A DNA stretch of 64,000 nt from an uncultured Victivallales bacterium (GCA_964609395.1 CAZSRU010000003.1:19635-83634), one strand, 5' to 3'. Positions 11,029-20,639 are shown, counted from the first letter of the stretch. A program made the numbers and translations. The notes: generated by a model from the sequence alone, not told the origin.

Positions 11029-11814
11029 TCAGGGGGTGGCTTCGCGGCGCAGGGTGATGGTCATGAAGAGGGCGAGCAGGGGGTGGACGGGGCGCAGGAG
11101 GTGGCGGTCGGCGAGGGTGGCGGCGGGGTACAGGCAGTCGGGCAGGAGCTGGCGGCAGGTGAACCCGCCGCTGAACAGGTAGCGCAGCGGGGTGTGCCGC
11201 GTGATGGCCTGGATGCGTAGCGCGGGGAAGTCGCGCTCGAACCGCTGCCGGTCGCGGCAGAAGATGATCCACGGCATGGCCTGGTTGCTGGTCGAGAGCG
11301 GTCCGCCGGGGGGCAGGGTCCAGCCGGCCGCCGGGTCGAAGGGCTCGTGGTGGAAACGGGTGTAGATAAAACGGCTGAAGGGCGTGTTGGCGGGTTCGAT
11401 CATCACGACAGTGCCGCCGGGTCGCAGGCAGCGTGTGCATTCGCGGAAAAAGGCGTCCGGGTCGGGAATGTGGTGCAGGGTGTTGATCATGCAGAAGCAG
11501 TCCACGGAGCGGTCGTCAAAGGGCATGTCGGTGGCGCTGAAGCAGAGGTCGAGGCCCGGTACGGGCATGATATCGGAGGTCTGGGCGGCGGGAATGATGT
11601 CCTTGATGAACCCGCCGCCGCTGCCGATCTCGATCACGACCGGTTGCGCCACCGGCGGCAGGCTGTCACGGATGACGGTGTAGTATTCACGGTACAGTTC
11701 GCGCAGGAAACGTTTGCGGCGGATGATCGAGGCATGCAGCAGCGTCGTCGCCGGATCGTCAAGATCGGTATCCTCGTTCTTCTCGGGGGCCAGCAGCCGT
11801 TGTTTCAGTGACAT
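11029..11814 (-). CDS. Class I SAM-dependent methyltransferase
   Basis: VIEIGSGGG motif I, MPFDDRSVD, NTLHHIPD, RCLRPGG. Last gene of the glycan cluster. Confidence 0.88.
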   Translation of the reverse strand: MSLKQRLLAPEKNEDTDLDDPATTLLHASIIRRKRFLRELYREYYTVIRDSLPPVAQPVVIEIGSGGGFIKDIIPAAQTSDIMPVPGLDLCFSATDMPFDDRSVDCFCMINTLHHIPDPDAFFRECTRCLRPGGTVVMIEPANTPFSRFIYTRFHHEPFDPAAGWTLPPGGPLSTSNQAMPWIIFCRDRQRFERDFPALRIQAITRHTPLRYLFSGGFTCRQLLPDCLYPAATLADRHLLRPVHPLLALFMTITLRREATP

Positions 11815-11827
11815 CGTTCCTACTTCT

Positions 11828-14323
11828 TCAGATGAATTTGATCCGCCGGGCGGCGAAGCAGAGCATGCGCAGCAGGATCACCCCGTGCGACCAGCGCGAG
11901 ATATTGGTCTCGCCGTAGCGTCGTTCGCGGTAGCGGATCGGCACTTCCACGATCTTGAGCCCCATGCGCGCGGCCCCGAAGATGAGATCGAAATCGCCGA
12001 ACGGGTCGAAGTCGCCGAAGACATGGCGGTAGCGCGCCAGTTTCTCGTAGTTCCTGCGCGTGAGCACCTTGGTGCCGCAGAGGGTGTCGCGGAACTGCTG
12101 TCCGAGCACGAAGGAGAAGGCGGCGGCGAAGAACTTGTTGCCGATGATGTTGCAGAAGCGCATGGCCTCCTTCTCCATGGGATAGACGAGCCGGCTGCCG
12201 TTGATGAATTCGCCCTTGCCGCCGCGGATGGCGTTGTAGAAGCGCGGTAGGTCTTCCGGCGGGACGGTCATGTCGGCGTCGAGGATCATCAGGATGTCTT
12301 TGGTCGCCATGGCAAACCCCTTGCGCACGGCGTCGCCCTTGCCCTTGCCCTCCTGCTGGCCGGTAAGAATGGTGCGCTCGCCCGCATACTTCTCCGCGAA
12401 GCGCTGGATCGCCCCCCAGGTGTCGTCCGACGAGCCGCCCTCGATGAAGATCAGCTCGTCATCTGGTCCCATCAGCGGCGTGCGCCGGATGATCTCCTCG
12501 ATGTGGCCTTCCTCGTTGCGGGCGGCAACGACCACCGAGACGCTCGGGCGCGCCGGCAGGGCCTCGGGGACCGGCATCGGGCGGACGATGGCGATGTTGA
12601 CGAGATTCAGGTGGCGGATGCCGGGCAGGGCGGAGAAAATGCGGTTGAAGAGCCACGCCAGTCCCGGCACAGGCAGGGGGAAGAGCACGCGGCTCTCGAG
12701 CCGCACGAGCTGGTAGTCGCAGATCAGGAGCATGTTGTCGAGATCCGCGCGGGTGATCCAGTTGTTCTCCGGCAGCTTGCTGCGCCAGCCGAGGGCTGTC
12801 GCCAGTTTCAGCAACGGACGCCAGAGGGTGCTGTAGTAGAGGATCGCCATGCGGGTCTCGGGGGTGGTGAGCGCGCGCAGCTTCTCGAGCAGGCCCTGGA
12901 TATCGCCGTCCTGCTGCAGCGTGCCGTTGAGCAGCACGTAGTCGGGCTTGAAGGCCGTGAGGGCCTCCAGCGTGTCCGCCGGGCGTTTGATGGCCAGGTA
13001 GTCCGGGTACTGGGCACCGATGATGCCGTTGGGCGGGTCGATCTCGGCCACGCGGTCCTCGGGTTGGATATAGAGCGACAGGTAGCGGTGCAGGAGTTTG
13101 TAGAGATAGGCCTTCATCCCGGATTCTCCCTGCGGGCGCTCGGGGACGGTGGCAATGAAGCGTTCCGCCAGTTGGTGGTAGCCCGTGTGTGCCAGCGTCT
13201 TGAGTTCGTCGACACGCGCGGTCCAGGCGGATCGGCGGGTGGTATCGTCCGCCTCCAGGCGGCGGACATGCCCGAGCAGCTTGTCCGGCGAGAAGTCGGC
13301 CAGTTCCAGGATGGATTCAGGGGTGCCCATGAGTTCCATGAAATGGCGCACCTTCGGGGCGTAGGCCAGGCCGATGCTGGGGACGTTCATGGCTGAGGCC
13401 AGTATCAGGGAATGCAGGCGCATCCCGGCGAAGTAGCGCATGCGTCCGGCGACACCCATCAGCTCCCCGGCGCTGTAGCGGTCGTTTCCCAGCACGGTCA
13501 CGCGCTCGCGGTGGCGCATGAAGGTCAGCACGGTCTGGGCATAGGCGACATCCATGATCTGGGTGAGGATCAGCACGATGCGGTAGTCGGTCTCTTCAAC
13601 GAGCTTGTCAATCGCTTCGGCCAGGTGGCGCGTGAAGGATTCGCGGTTGACCCCCTCGCCGTCGCGCAGCCACTGGTCGACATAGCTGTTGATATTGATC
13701 CCCAGCAGCTGGCTGTCGCTCTTGTCCAGCGCGTTCTCGGCCAGGATGGCATCGACTCGCGCAGGCGGGGCGGGCGGGGCGACAAAGGCGGCGTCGGCGA
13801 AGATCTCGATCCGCTCGGCGGGGATGCCGATGGATTCGAGCAGTCGCTTCGAGTCCGCCTCACGTACCCAGAGCGCGTCGCAGCGCTCGCAGACCAGGCG
13901 GGCGAGTCGCTTGCCGAGCGGGGAGTCCAGAGGGCCGATGCCGACCAGGAAGGCGATGACCGGTTTGCGCAGCAGTCGGGCATAGGGGATGACGACAGCC
14001 AGCAAAATCAGGAAGTTGAAGAGCGGGTTGAGCAGCTTGACGTCGAAGATGATCCCGTCGGTGATCAGCACCGCGTCGCAGCGGGCGATGGAACGCAGCG
14101 TGGTCCAGCCGATGAAGCGCAGGCTCAGGTTCCAGGGCATCATCGGCACCGGGCGGACCACGGCCGGGTCGAACCGGCTGGTGAGGTCGCTTGCGCACGG
14201 CACGGGGACCTCGAACGTGGTTCCAGGTGCCGTCGCCAGCACGTTGTGGACAATCGAGGAGAGAATGGCCGCATCACCGGCATTACGGCCCGAATTCGAC
14301 CCCAGTACGCATAGTTTAGCCAT
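11828..14323 (-). CDS. Fusion: polysaccharide pyruvyltransferase-family domain + degenerate methyltransferase-like domain + GT2 glycosyltransferase
   Basis: N-half: GRNAGDAAIL, VGIGPL, WVREADS, GMRLHSLILA, YAPKV. C-half: SVVVAARNEEG, GKGDAVRKG, ILDADMTVPPEDL, DTLCGTK, DFDLIFGA. Start taken at MAKLCVLG. Confidence 0.85.
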   Translation of the reverse strand: MAKLCVLGSNSGRNAGDAAILSSIVHNVLATAPGTTFEVPVPCASDLTSRFDPAVVRPVPMMPWNLSLRFIGWTTLRSIARCDAVLITDGIIFDVKLLNPLFNFLILLAVVIPYARLLRKPVIAFLVGIGPLDSPLGKRLARLVCERCDALWVREADSKRLLESIGIPAERIEIFADAAFVAPPAPPARVDAILAENALDKSDSQLLGININSYVDQWLRDGEGVNRESFTRHLAEAIDKLVEETDYRIVLILTQIMDVAYAQTVLTFMRHRERVTVLGNDRYSAGELMGVAGRMRYFAGMRLHSLILASAMNVPSIGLAYAPKVRHFMELMGTPESILELADFSPDKLLGHVRRLEADDTTRRSAWTARVDELKTLAHTGYHQLAERFIATVPERPQGESGMKAYLYKLLHRYLSLYIQPEDRVAEIDPPNGIIGAQYPDYLAIKRPADTLEALTAFKPDYVLLNGTLQQDGDIQGLLEKLRALTTPETRMAILYYSTLWRPLLKLATALGWRSKLPENNWITRADLDNMLLICDYQLVRLESRVLFPLPVPGLAWLFNRIFSALPGIRHLNLVNIAIVRPMPVPEALPARPSVSVVVAARNEEGHIEEIIRRTPLMGPDDELIFIEGGSSDDTWGAIQRFAEKYAGERTILTGQQEGKGKGDAVRKGFAMATKDILMILDADMTVPPEDLPRFYNAIRGGKGEFINGSRLVYPMEKEAMRFCNIIGNKFFAAAFSFVLGQQFRDTLCGTKVLTRRNYEKLARYRHVFGDFDPFGDFDLIFGAARMGLKIVEVPIRYRERRYGETNISRWSHGVILLRMLCFAARRIKFI

Positions 14324-14340
14324 CACACGCTCCGTTTCGT

Positions 14341-15339
14341 TTAAAGCAGGTTCTCGCTCTTGTACCACTGCGCCGTGCGCCGGATACCCTCCTCGAGGGA
14401 TACTACAGGCTGATAGCCGAGGATGCGTTTGGCCTTTGAGATGTCAAACGCCCGGCTCTTGGTGAAGAAGTCCACCCGTCGCCGGTAGATCGGGGGATTG
14501 ATCCCGAAGGGGATGCAGATACTCTCGACGATCGTTCCCAAGAATTGGACGGGCCAGGCCGGCACATGCAGGCGTGGCGGCGGAACGCCGAGGGTGGAGG
14601 CGATCATGGCGAACAGGGTGTTGAGCGGGACATACGACTCGCCCGCCACGATAAAGACATCGCCATCGGCCTCGCGGGTATCCATCGCGCGCATGAAGCC
14701 TTCCACCAGATCGTCGATGTAGACGGTATGGAACATCGGCTTGCCGCTGCCGAATACGACCAGCCGCCGCTTGGCGATCATGCGGAAGAGCTTGAGCAGC
14801 CGCAGGTCGCCGGGGCCGTAGATCGAGGCGGGGCGGACGACCGTGCCGCGGATTTTCCCGGATCGGAAAGCTTCCAGCGCCGCCTTCTCGCCTGCGACTT
14901 TGCTGCGCTGGTAGATGTCGCCCGGATTGTAGGGGGTCGTCTCGTCGGCCGGTGGATTCTCGATATGCCCGCAGACGCCGATCGTGCTGCAGTGGACGAT
15001 CTTCTCGACTCCCGCCCGGGCGGCGGCCTCGATCAGGTTGATCACGCCCTGGCGGTTGATGAGGTCATACTCGGCGTCCGGTGCATTGGCGCGCCGGAAC
15101 ATGGCGGCGATATTGAATACCGCCCCGCAGCCCGCGACCGCGCGGTCGCAATCCTCGCGGCTGCCGATATCCGACTCGATCACCTCGATCCCCGCCGCCG
15201 CGAGTTCCTGCGTGTCGCGGTTGCCGCCGGGGCGTATCGTGCCCCGGACGCGGAAGCCTTCCGCCGCCAGCCGCATGGCCAGGGCCTTGCCGGTGAAGCC
15301 TGCCGCCCCGGTCACGAGAACCGCCTTGTTCTTATCCAT
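14341..15339 (-). CDS. NAD-dependent epimerase/dehydratase (extended SDR)
   Basis: VLVTGAAGFTG, HCSTIGV, YQRSK (YxxxK), RPASIYGPGD. Start taken at MDKNKAV. Confidence 0.92.
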   Translation of the reverse strand: MDKNKAVLVTGAAGFTGKALAMRLAAEGFRVRGTIRPGGNRDTQELAAAGIEVIESDIGSREDCDRAVAGCGAVFNIAAMFRRANAPDAEYDLINRQGVINLIEAAARAGVEKIVHCSTIGVCGHIENPPADETTPYNPGDIYQRSKVAGEKAALEAFRSGKIRGTVVRPASIYGPGDLRLLKLFRMIAKRRLVVFGSGKPMFHTVYIDDLVEGFMRAMDTREADGDVFIVAGESYVPLNTLFAMIASTLGVPPPRLHVPAWPVQFLGTIVESICIPFGINPPIYRRRVDFFTKSRAFDISKAKRILGYQPVVSLEEGIRRTAQWYKSENLL

Positions 15340-15471
15340 CGTCCTGCCCGTCGTTAAGTTGCTTAAGATGAGCTGGCAACGTACACAACACCGCCCCCGA
15401 AAGTCCAGTATATTCGGGTCATCCGCAATTTCGGGTTCGCCTGAACACGGCAATCTGCTATCGTCTGCGAA

Positions 15472-16830
15472 ATGGCGAACGGAAACCATAATCACCTGAC
15501 AGAGGGGAACCTCTCGCGCGGTATCCTGCGGCTGGCGATCCCGATGCTGGTCAGCTCGCTGCTGCAGAATGCGCAGAGCCTGATCGACCTGTACTGGATC
15601 GGGCGGTTGGGTGCGGATGCGGTGGCGGCACTGGCGATCGGCGGCACGGTCCTGATGATGCTCTTTCCGCTGGTCATGGGAATGGCGGTCGGTACGGTGG
15701 CGATCGTGTCACGCCGCATCGGCGAGGGCGATGCGGTCGGCACCTCCTGCGCCGCTGGTCAGTCGCTGAGCGTGGCCATGGGGCTGGGGCTGGTCGCCGG
15801 TGTTGCCGGCTGGCTGTTTGCCGGCAAGTTCCCCGTCCTTCTAGGTGCCACGCCCGAGGTTGCAGTCCTGGCCGAGGAGTATCTGGAGATCCTGTTCCTG
15901 GGCAGTTTCACGGTCTTCGTCCTGTTCGTGGGCGGGCATTCGATCTTCCAGGCCGCGGGCAACACGGTGATCCCGATGGTCCTGATGATCGCCGCCAACG
16001 TGATCAACCTGGTGCTTGACCCGATCCTGATCTTCGGTCTCTGCGGGGCACCGGCCCTGGGTGTCCGGGGGGCGGCCATCGCCACGGTGATGTCCCAGGC
16101 CATAGCGGCTGGCGGGGCGCTGGTGCTGCTGCGCCGCGGGACCGGCGGTATCCGGCTGCACCCGCGGCACATGCTGCCCCGGCCGGCCATCGCCCTGAGC
16201 ATCCTGCGGATCGGCCTGCCGGGCACCGGCCAGATGCTGGCCCGCAGCCTGATGGCGCTGGTGCTGATGCGGATCGCCGCCACGGCGGGGACCGATGCGA
16301 TTGCCGCCTTCGGTGCAGGCAACCGTCTGCAGCAGTTGATTCTCATGCCGGCCTTCGCGCTCGGGAACGCGGCGGCCACCCTGGTCGGCCAGAACCTAGG
16401 TGCGGGACGCCCCGGCCGCGCGGCGCGCGGCGCGTGGATCGCCACGTGGATGGATGTTGCGCTGATGGTGCTCTTCGGCGGGCTCCTGGCACTCTTCGCG
16501 CCGCTGTTGATGGGGGTATTCACGGTCGATCCGGCTGTCATCACCATCGGGACGGACTTCCTGCGGATCACCTGCGGCTTCTACGTGTTCGTCGCTCCCT
16601 CGATCGTGCTGGGGCGCGCCTTCCAGGGGGCTGGCGATGCCCTCACTCCCATGATCCTGACTCTCGTCAGTCTCTGGGGTATCCAGGTTCCTCTGGCGAT
16701 CGTCCTCAGCCGCGTGATCGAACCCTCCACCCATGGCATCTGGTGGGCCATCGCGATCGCCGTCACCATCCACGGCATCCTCGTCACCCTCTGTTTCCAG
16801 CGCGGCCACTGGAAAAACCGCGTGATCTGA
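15472..16830 (+). CDS. MATE family transporter
   Basis: LAIPMLVSSLLQ, GRLGADAVAA, NLVLDPILIFG..GVRGAAIAT, GQNLGAG. About 12 hydrophobic helices. Confidence 0.92.
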   Translation: MANGNHNHLTEGNLSRGILRLAIPMLVSSLLQNAQSLIDLYWIGRLGADAVAALAIGGTVLMMLFPLVMGMAVGTVAIVSRRIGEGDAVGTSCAAGQSLSVAMGLGLVAGVAGWLFAGKFPVLLGATPEVAVLAEEYLEILFLGSFTVFVLFVGGHSIFQAAGNTVIPMVLMIAANVINLVLDPILIFGLCGAPALGVRGAAIATVMSQAIAAGGALVLLRRGTGGIRLHPRHMLPRPAIALSILRIGLPGTGQMLARSLMALVLMRIAATAGTDAIAAFGAGNRLQQLILMPAFALGNAAATLVGQNLGAGRPGRAARGAWIATWMDVALMVLFGGLLALFAPLLMGVFTVDPAVITIGTDFLRITCGFYVFVAPSIVLGRAFQGAGDALTPMILTLVSLWGIQVPLAIVLSRVIEPSTHGIWWAIAIAVTIHGILVTLCFQRGHWKNRVI

Positions 16831-16847
16831 AAAACATGACCGTGTGA

Positions 16848-16876
16848 TTGACGGGAGCAATCAAGTGCTGTAGATT
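16848..16876 (+). promoter_or_regulatory. Putative sigma70 promoter of the kinase-LRR gene (TTGACG-N17-TAGATT)
   Basis: -35 TTGACG at 16848-16853 and -10 TAGATT at 16871-16876, with a 17-nt spacer. Confidence 0.55.
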
Positions 16877-16983
16877 CAACAGGAATTATTGCATGACCTG
16901 CGGAATTTGGATTTTTCCTGATAAGCTCACGGCTGAGCGCTCTGCGGTGATGCGCTTGAGATTGAACTTTAGGACTGACAAAC

Positions 16984-19900
16984 ATGCCGCCATTGAACAT
17001 TCCTGGATTTGAGATCCTCGAGAAACTCGGCGAAGGCGGGATGGCAACGGTCTGGAAGGCACACCAGCTCTCGCTGGATCGGGTTGTCGCCATCAAGGTG
17101 CTTTCCTCCCGCATGACGAATGATGCGGGGGACGTGCAGCGTTTCCAGGCGGAGGCGCAGCAAGCCGCGAAACTCAAGCACCCGGGTATCATCCAGGTCT
17201 ATGACGCCAACGTCCTCGACGGCGTTTACTATTTCATCATGGAGTACGTGGCTGGCTACACCGTCGGCGAGTGGGTCCGGCGCAAAGGGGTGCTCACGGA
17301 GGCGAATGCGCTGCTGGTGGCCGAGGCTCTGGCTGATGCCCTCGATTATGCCTGGCGGTCGGCAGGCATGATCCACTGCGACATCAAGCCCGATAATGTT
17401 ATGATTGATGGAGACGGTACCCTCAAGCTGGCCGATCTGGGGCTCTCCCGCTCCTTCCGCGGGAAAGACGGCGGTGAGTCGACCGGCGAGATCATGGGCA
17501 CCCCCGCCTATGTCTCGCCGGAGCAGGCCGTGGATGCGCCCGATCTGGATTGCCGCGCCGATATCTACTCGCTAGGTGCCATGCTTTACCATCTTGTGAC
17601 GGGCAAAATGCTCTTCGAAGGGGAATCCGACGAGCGGGTGCTGGAACTGCAGTTGAGCGGGACCATGGCGGATCCGGCGACGCTGAACCCGAAGCTTTCT
17701 CGCCCCATGTGCAGGCTGATCGAGAAGATGCTTTCGAAGGATAAGGTACATCGCCAGGCGGACTGGAGCGCGGTTCGCGCCGACCTGGCGTTGGTGCGTC
17801 GCGGGCGTCCGATTGTTCCGCCGCTGCCGCCGCCAGGGGCGAGCACGGTTGCCCGCGAGGCGCTATCCGAGCCCAGTACGCCCGTCCTTCCTGCCCATCG
17901 CCCCACGCAACGCCCTGGCCTACCCATCGGCCTATGGTTGGCTCTGGGGGTGGTGGGGCTGGCCATTGTTGCCTTTTTCCTCTTCCAGCTCTCATCCCAT
18001 AACCATTCTCCCGGGAGACCGCAGCAAGCCGTCAGCCACACCTCCCCCGAAGCCGTGAAACCGGCTGCACCGCAAGCCGAGCATGTGGCGGCCAAAGAGG
18101 CCTTCGCCAAGGCTGAGCAGCAGGCCCTGCGGCTGCCGTTGGCCTTCGATCAGAACATCGACCTGTTCCGCCGGGTGGTGGACATCGCCCCGCAAAGCCA
18201 GGCCGCCCGCCAGGCGCAAGCGCAAATCAGCCGCCTCGAAGCCTTGCGGCGCACCCGCTGCGGCGAGGTGCTCAACCAACTCCGGGACGCGGCGGCCCCC
18301 TTGCTGGAGACCGGACAATTCGAGCAGGCCTCGCAACAGTATGAAACCTATGCGGGCGAATTGGCGCGCGAGACGTTGGCGAACCGGCAGCGAATCGCCG
18401 ACGATCTGCGCCAGCGCGAAAAACAGGCGCAGGAGCTGCTCCAGCAGCAGGCCCGGCAGGCGCAAAAACAGTACGAGGCGCTGCTCGATGAGATCGTCAA
18501 GACCCTGACGTCCAAGGGGATCGCCGAGGCTGTCGCAACTACCACAATGGCCGAGGACGCCCCGCAGTTGAACTCGAAGAAGGAGGAACTCCATGCCTTG
18601 GTGCAGCTCCTCAATGGGGCCGCACAACTCAAGCGCCGCGTCATGGACTCATTCACCCCTTCTGTCGGCAAGGAAATCGATGTCAGTTTGAATAGCGGAA
18701 CCAAGCGGCTGCTGATCCGGCGCGTCCGGGATGGTGTGGTAGTTGGATCGCAAACCTCGAAAGTCGGACCAAGACAGATGACCGTCGATGTCTCGTTTGA
18801 ATACAAGGACCTCGCCAATAAGGAGATTCTCGCCCGCTTGGGCGCGGATGATGATCCGCAAGTGGCCTTGAAGAAGGGGCTCATGGCCTTGGAGGCCAAG
18901 GCGTACGAGCCCGCACGGCGCTTCTTCAGCAAGACCTCACCGCTGCTGGCCGAACGTCTGGTGGCCGTGGTGGATCAGGTGGAAGTATCCACCGTCGCCG
19001 AAGTTGCGAAAACGGCTTTTCTCAATCTGTGCGCCGGAGCCGGTTGGTCCGTCAATCTCGACGAGCGCACGGAATTTCTGGCAAGGCTCGAACAGGAACA
19101 GTTGCCGGCGACGAAAGGGCCGCAGATCCTGGCCATGGTCGAAAGCTATCGCGCTCAGCACGGCAACAGCAGCTTCGGACGCGAGGTAGCGCCGCTGCTG
19201 GCCGCCATGGAGCAGGCGGCGCAACGCGAGGCGCCCGAGCCCGAACCGCTCATGCCGGCAGCCCCCCCCCGTCCCGTGGTGGATGCCAAACCTGCCGACC
19301 CCCGTCTGATTCAGAACAGCCTGCTGCAATGCAATCCACAGCTTGGCGTCAGCCAGATCGAGATTCTTGCCAATGAGGAGGGGATCGTCCAGGATATCTC
19401 GATCATCTCCGAGGGGCTCGAGGATATCAGTCCCTTGGACGCGGTGCATACGCGCACCCTTGCCTGCAGTGCCGTTAGCAAGTACAACCGGCGTACGGAT
19501 GTGCCCAAGTGCAAGCTCGCCGATCTCTCCCCCCTGAAAGGCGCCGACGGCCTGGAATCGCTGTTTCTAGGACAGGCCCGCGTGCAGGATCTCACGCCGC
19601 TCAAGGGGCTCGCCCTGCGCCAGCTCACCATCCGCAGTTGCCCCGTTGCCGACATCAAAGCCCTGCGCGAACTCCCGTTCCTCGAAACGCTGGAGCTTCG
19701 CGACACCAATGTTCGCGACTTGACGCCCCTCGCCGCGCTGCCTCTTCTCTCCCTGGATATCAGTGCCACGACCATTACGGAACTCAACGTTCTAGCCCGC
19801 TTGCCCCTGCGACACCTGGACATCAGCGACACGCAAATCCTGAATCTGGGTGTTCTCACCGCCATGCCGCTGGAGCGACTGGACTTAAGCGGGACGCGCA

Positions 19901-20532
19901 TCTTTGATTTTTCGCCCCTGCGAAAACTCTCTTTACGCTCGCTGCGCCTCGATAATACACAATTCAAGGACATTTCCTTGATTCGTGCCATGCCCTTGGA
20001 ATACCTTTCGATGGCCAATACGAAAGTCAGCGACATCAGCAGCCTGAAGGGGGGCTCGCTCGTCAATCTCTCGCTGGCCAACTGCACGGTGAGCGACCTG
20101 TCCCCCCTCGCTGGCATGAAACTTAAAGAACTGAATGTCAGTGGCAGTCGCGTCGAGGATGTTTCGGTCCTCGCCAATATGCCCCTTGCCGTGCTGAATC
20201 TTTCCGGCACGCGGGTCCGTGACATTTCCGCGCTGGCCAATATGCCCCTTGCCGTGCTGAATCTTTCCGGCACGCGGGTCCGTGACATTTCCACGCTGGC
20301 CAATATGCCCCTCGTCCGGCTGCAGATCAACAACACAGCCATTAGCGATTTGACTCCGTTGATCGGTTCCCCGATTGAGCATCTGGAGGTAAGGGGCGCC
20401 GAAATCCGCGATTGGACGCCGTTGGCACGCTTGCCATTGCGTTCCATCACCGTGGACGATAGCCACGGCACTGTCCGCCAGGTCCTGCGTCAAATCCCGA
20501 CCTTGAAAACGATCAACGGCGAACCGCTCTAA
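16984..20532 (+). CDS. Hanks-type Ser/Thr kinase - single TM - helical region - C-terminal leucine-rich repeats
   Basis: GEGGMATVWKA, VAIK, IHCDIKPDN, DLG, GTPAYVSPEQ. TM LPIGLWLALGVVGLAIVAFFLF. About 17 21-aa LRRs (LxxLxLxxTxVxDLxPL), ending LRQIPTLKTING. Confidence 0.92.
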   Translation: MPPLNIPGFEILEKLGEGGMATVWKAHQLSLDRVVAIKVLSSRMTNDAGDVQRFQAEAQQAAKLKHPGIIQVYDANVLDGVYYFIMEYVAGYTVGEWVRRKGVLTEANALLVAEALADALDYAWRSAGMIHCDIKPDNVMIDGDGTLKLADLGLSRSFRGKDGGESTGEIMGTPAYVSPEQAVDAPDLDCRADIYSLGAMLYHLVTGKMLFEGESDERVLELQLSGTMADPATLNPKLSRPMCRLIEKMLSKDKVHRQADWSAVRADLALVRRGRPIVPPLPPPGASTVAREALSEPSTPVLPAHRPTQRPGLPIGLWLALGVVGLAIVAFFLFQLSSHNHSPGRPQQAVSHTSPEAVKPAAPQAEHVAAKEAFAKAEQQALRLPLAFDQNIDLFRRVVDIAPQSQAARQAQAQISRLEALRRTRCGEVLNQLRDAAAPLLETGQFEQASQQYETYAGELARETLANRQRIADDLRQREKQAQELLQQQARQAQKQYEALLDEIVKTLTSKGIAEAVATTTMAEDAPQLNSKKEELHALVQLLNGAAQLKRRVMDSFTPSVGKEIDVSLNSGTKRLLIRRVRDGVVVGSQTSKVGPRQMTVDVSFEYKDLANKEILARLGADDDPQVALKKGLMALEAKAYEPARRFFSKTSPLLAERLVAVVDQVEVSTVAEVAKTAFLNLCAGAGWSVNLDERTEFLARLEQEQLPATKGPQILAMVESYRAQHGNSSFGREVAPLLAAMEQAAQREAPEPEPLMPAAPPRPVVDAKPADPRLIQNSLLQCNPQLGVSQIEILANEEGIVQDISIISEGLEDISPLDAVHTRTLACSAVSKYNRRTDVPKCKLADLSPLKGADGLESLFLGQARVQDLTPLKGLALRQLTIRSCPVADIKALRELPFLETLELRDTNVRDLTPLAALPLLSLDISATTITELNVLARLPLRHLDISDTQILNLGVLTAMPLERLDLSGTRIFDFSPLRKLSLRSLRLDNTQFKDISLIRAMPLEYLSMANTKVSDISSLKGGSLVNLSLANCTVSDLSPLAGMKLKELNVSGSRVEDVSVLANMPLAVLNLSGTRVRDISALANMPLAVLNLSGTRVRDISTLANMPLVRLQINNTAISDLTPLIGSPIEHLEVRGAEIRDWTPLARLPLRSITVDDSHGTVRQVLRQIPTLKTINGEPL
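20173..20310 (+). repeat. Near-perfect 63-bp tandem duplication (one 21-aa LRR unit, about 2.2 copies)
   Basis: GCCAATATGCCCCTTGCCGTGCTGAATCTTTCCGGCACGCGGGTCCGTGACATTTCC starts at 20173 and 20236, and GCCAATATGCCC starts again at 20299. Confidence 0.95.
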
Positions 20533-20537
20533 GCCTG

Positions 20538-20639
20538 ATGCACCCCATGGCATTGGCCTGGGACCGCATCCATCCTGACACGTCCGGACATGCCGTTATC
20601 GCGAAATGCTTTCTGGATGCTGTCGGTTGCCAGATGTAA
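20538..20639 (+). pseudogene. 33-codon C-terminal remnant of an SGNH/GDSL hydrolase
   Basis: Translates MHPMALAWDRIHPDTSGHAVIAKCFLDAVGCQM*. This resembles the SGNH block V DxxH motif plus the last helix. No GDS block is visible upstream. Confidence 0.65.

Noticed and set aside
20173-20310. Diversity-generating retroelement template/variable repeat pair
   Set aside because: The copies are tandem and in-frame, there is no reverse transcriptase, and there is no pattern of multiple adenine-specific differences.
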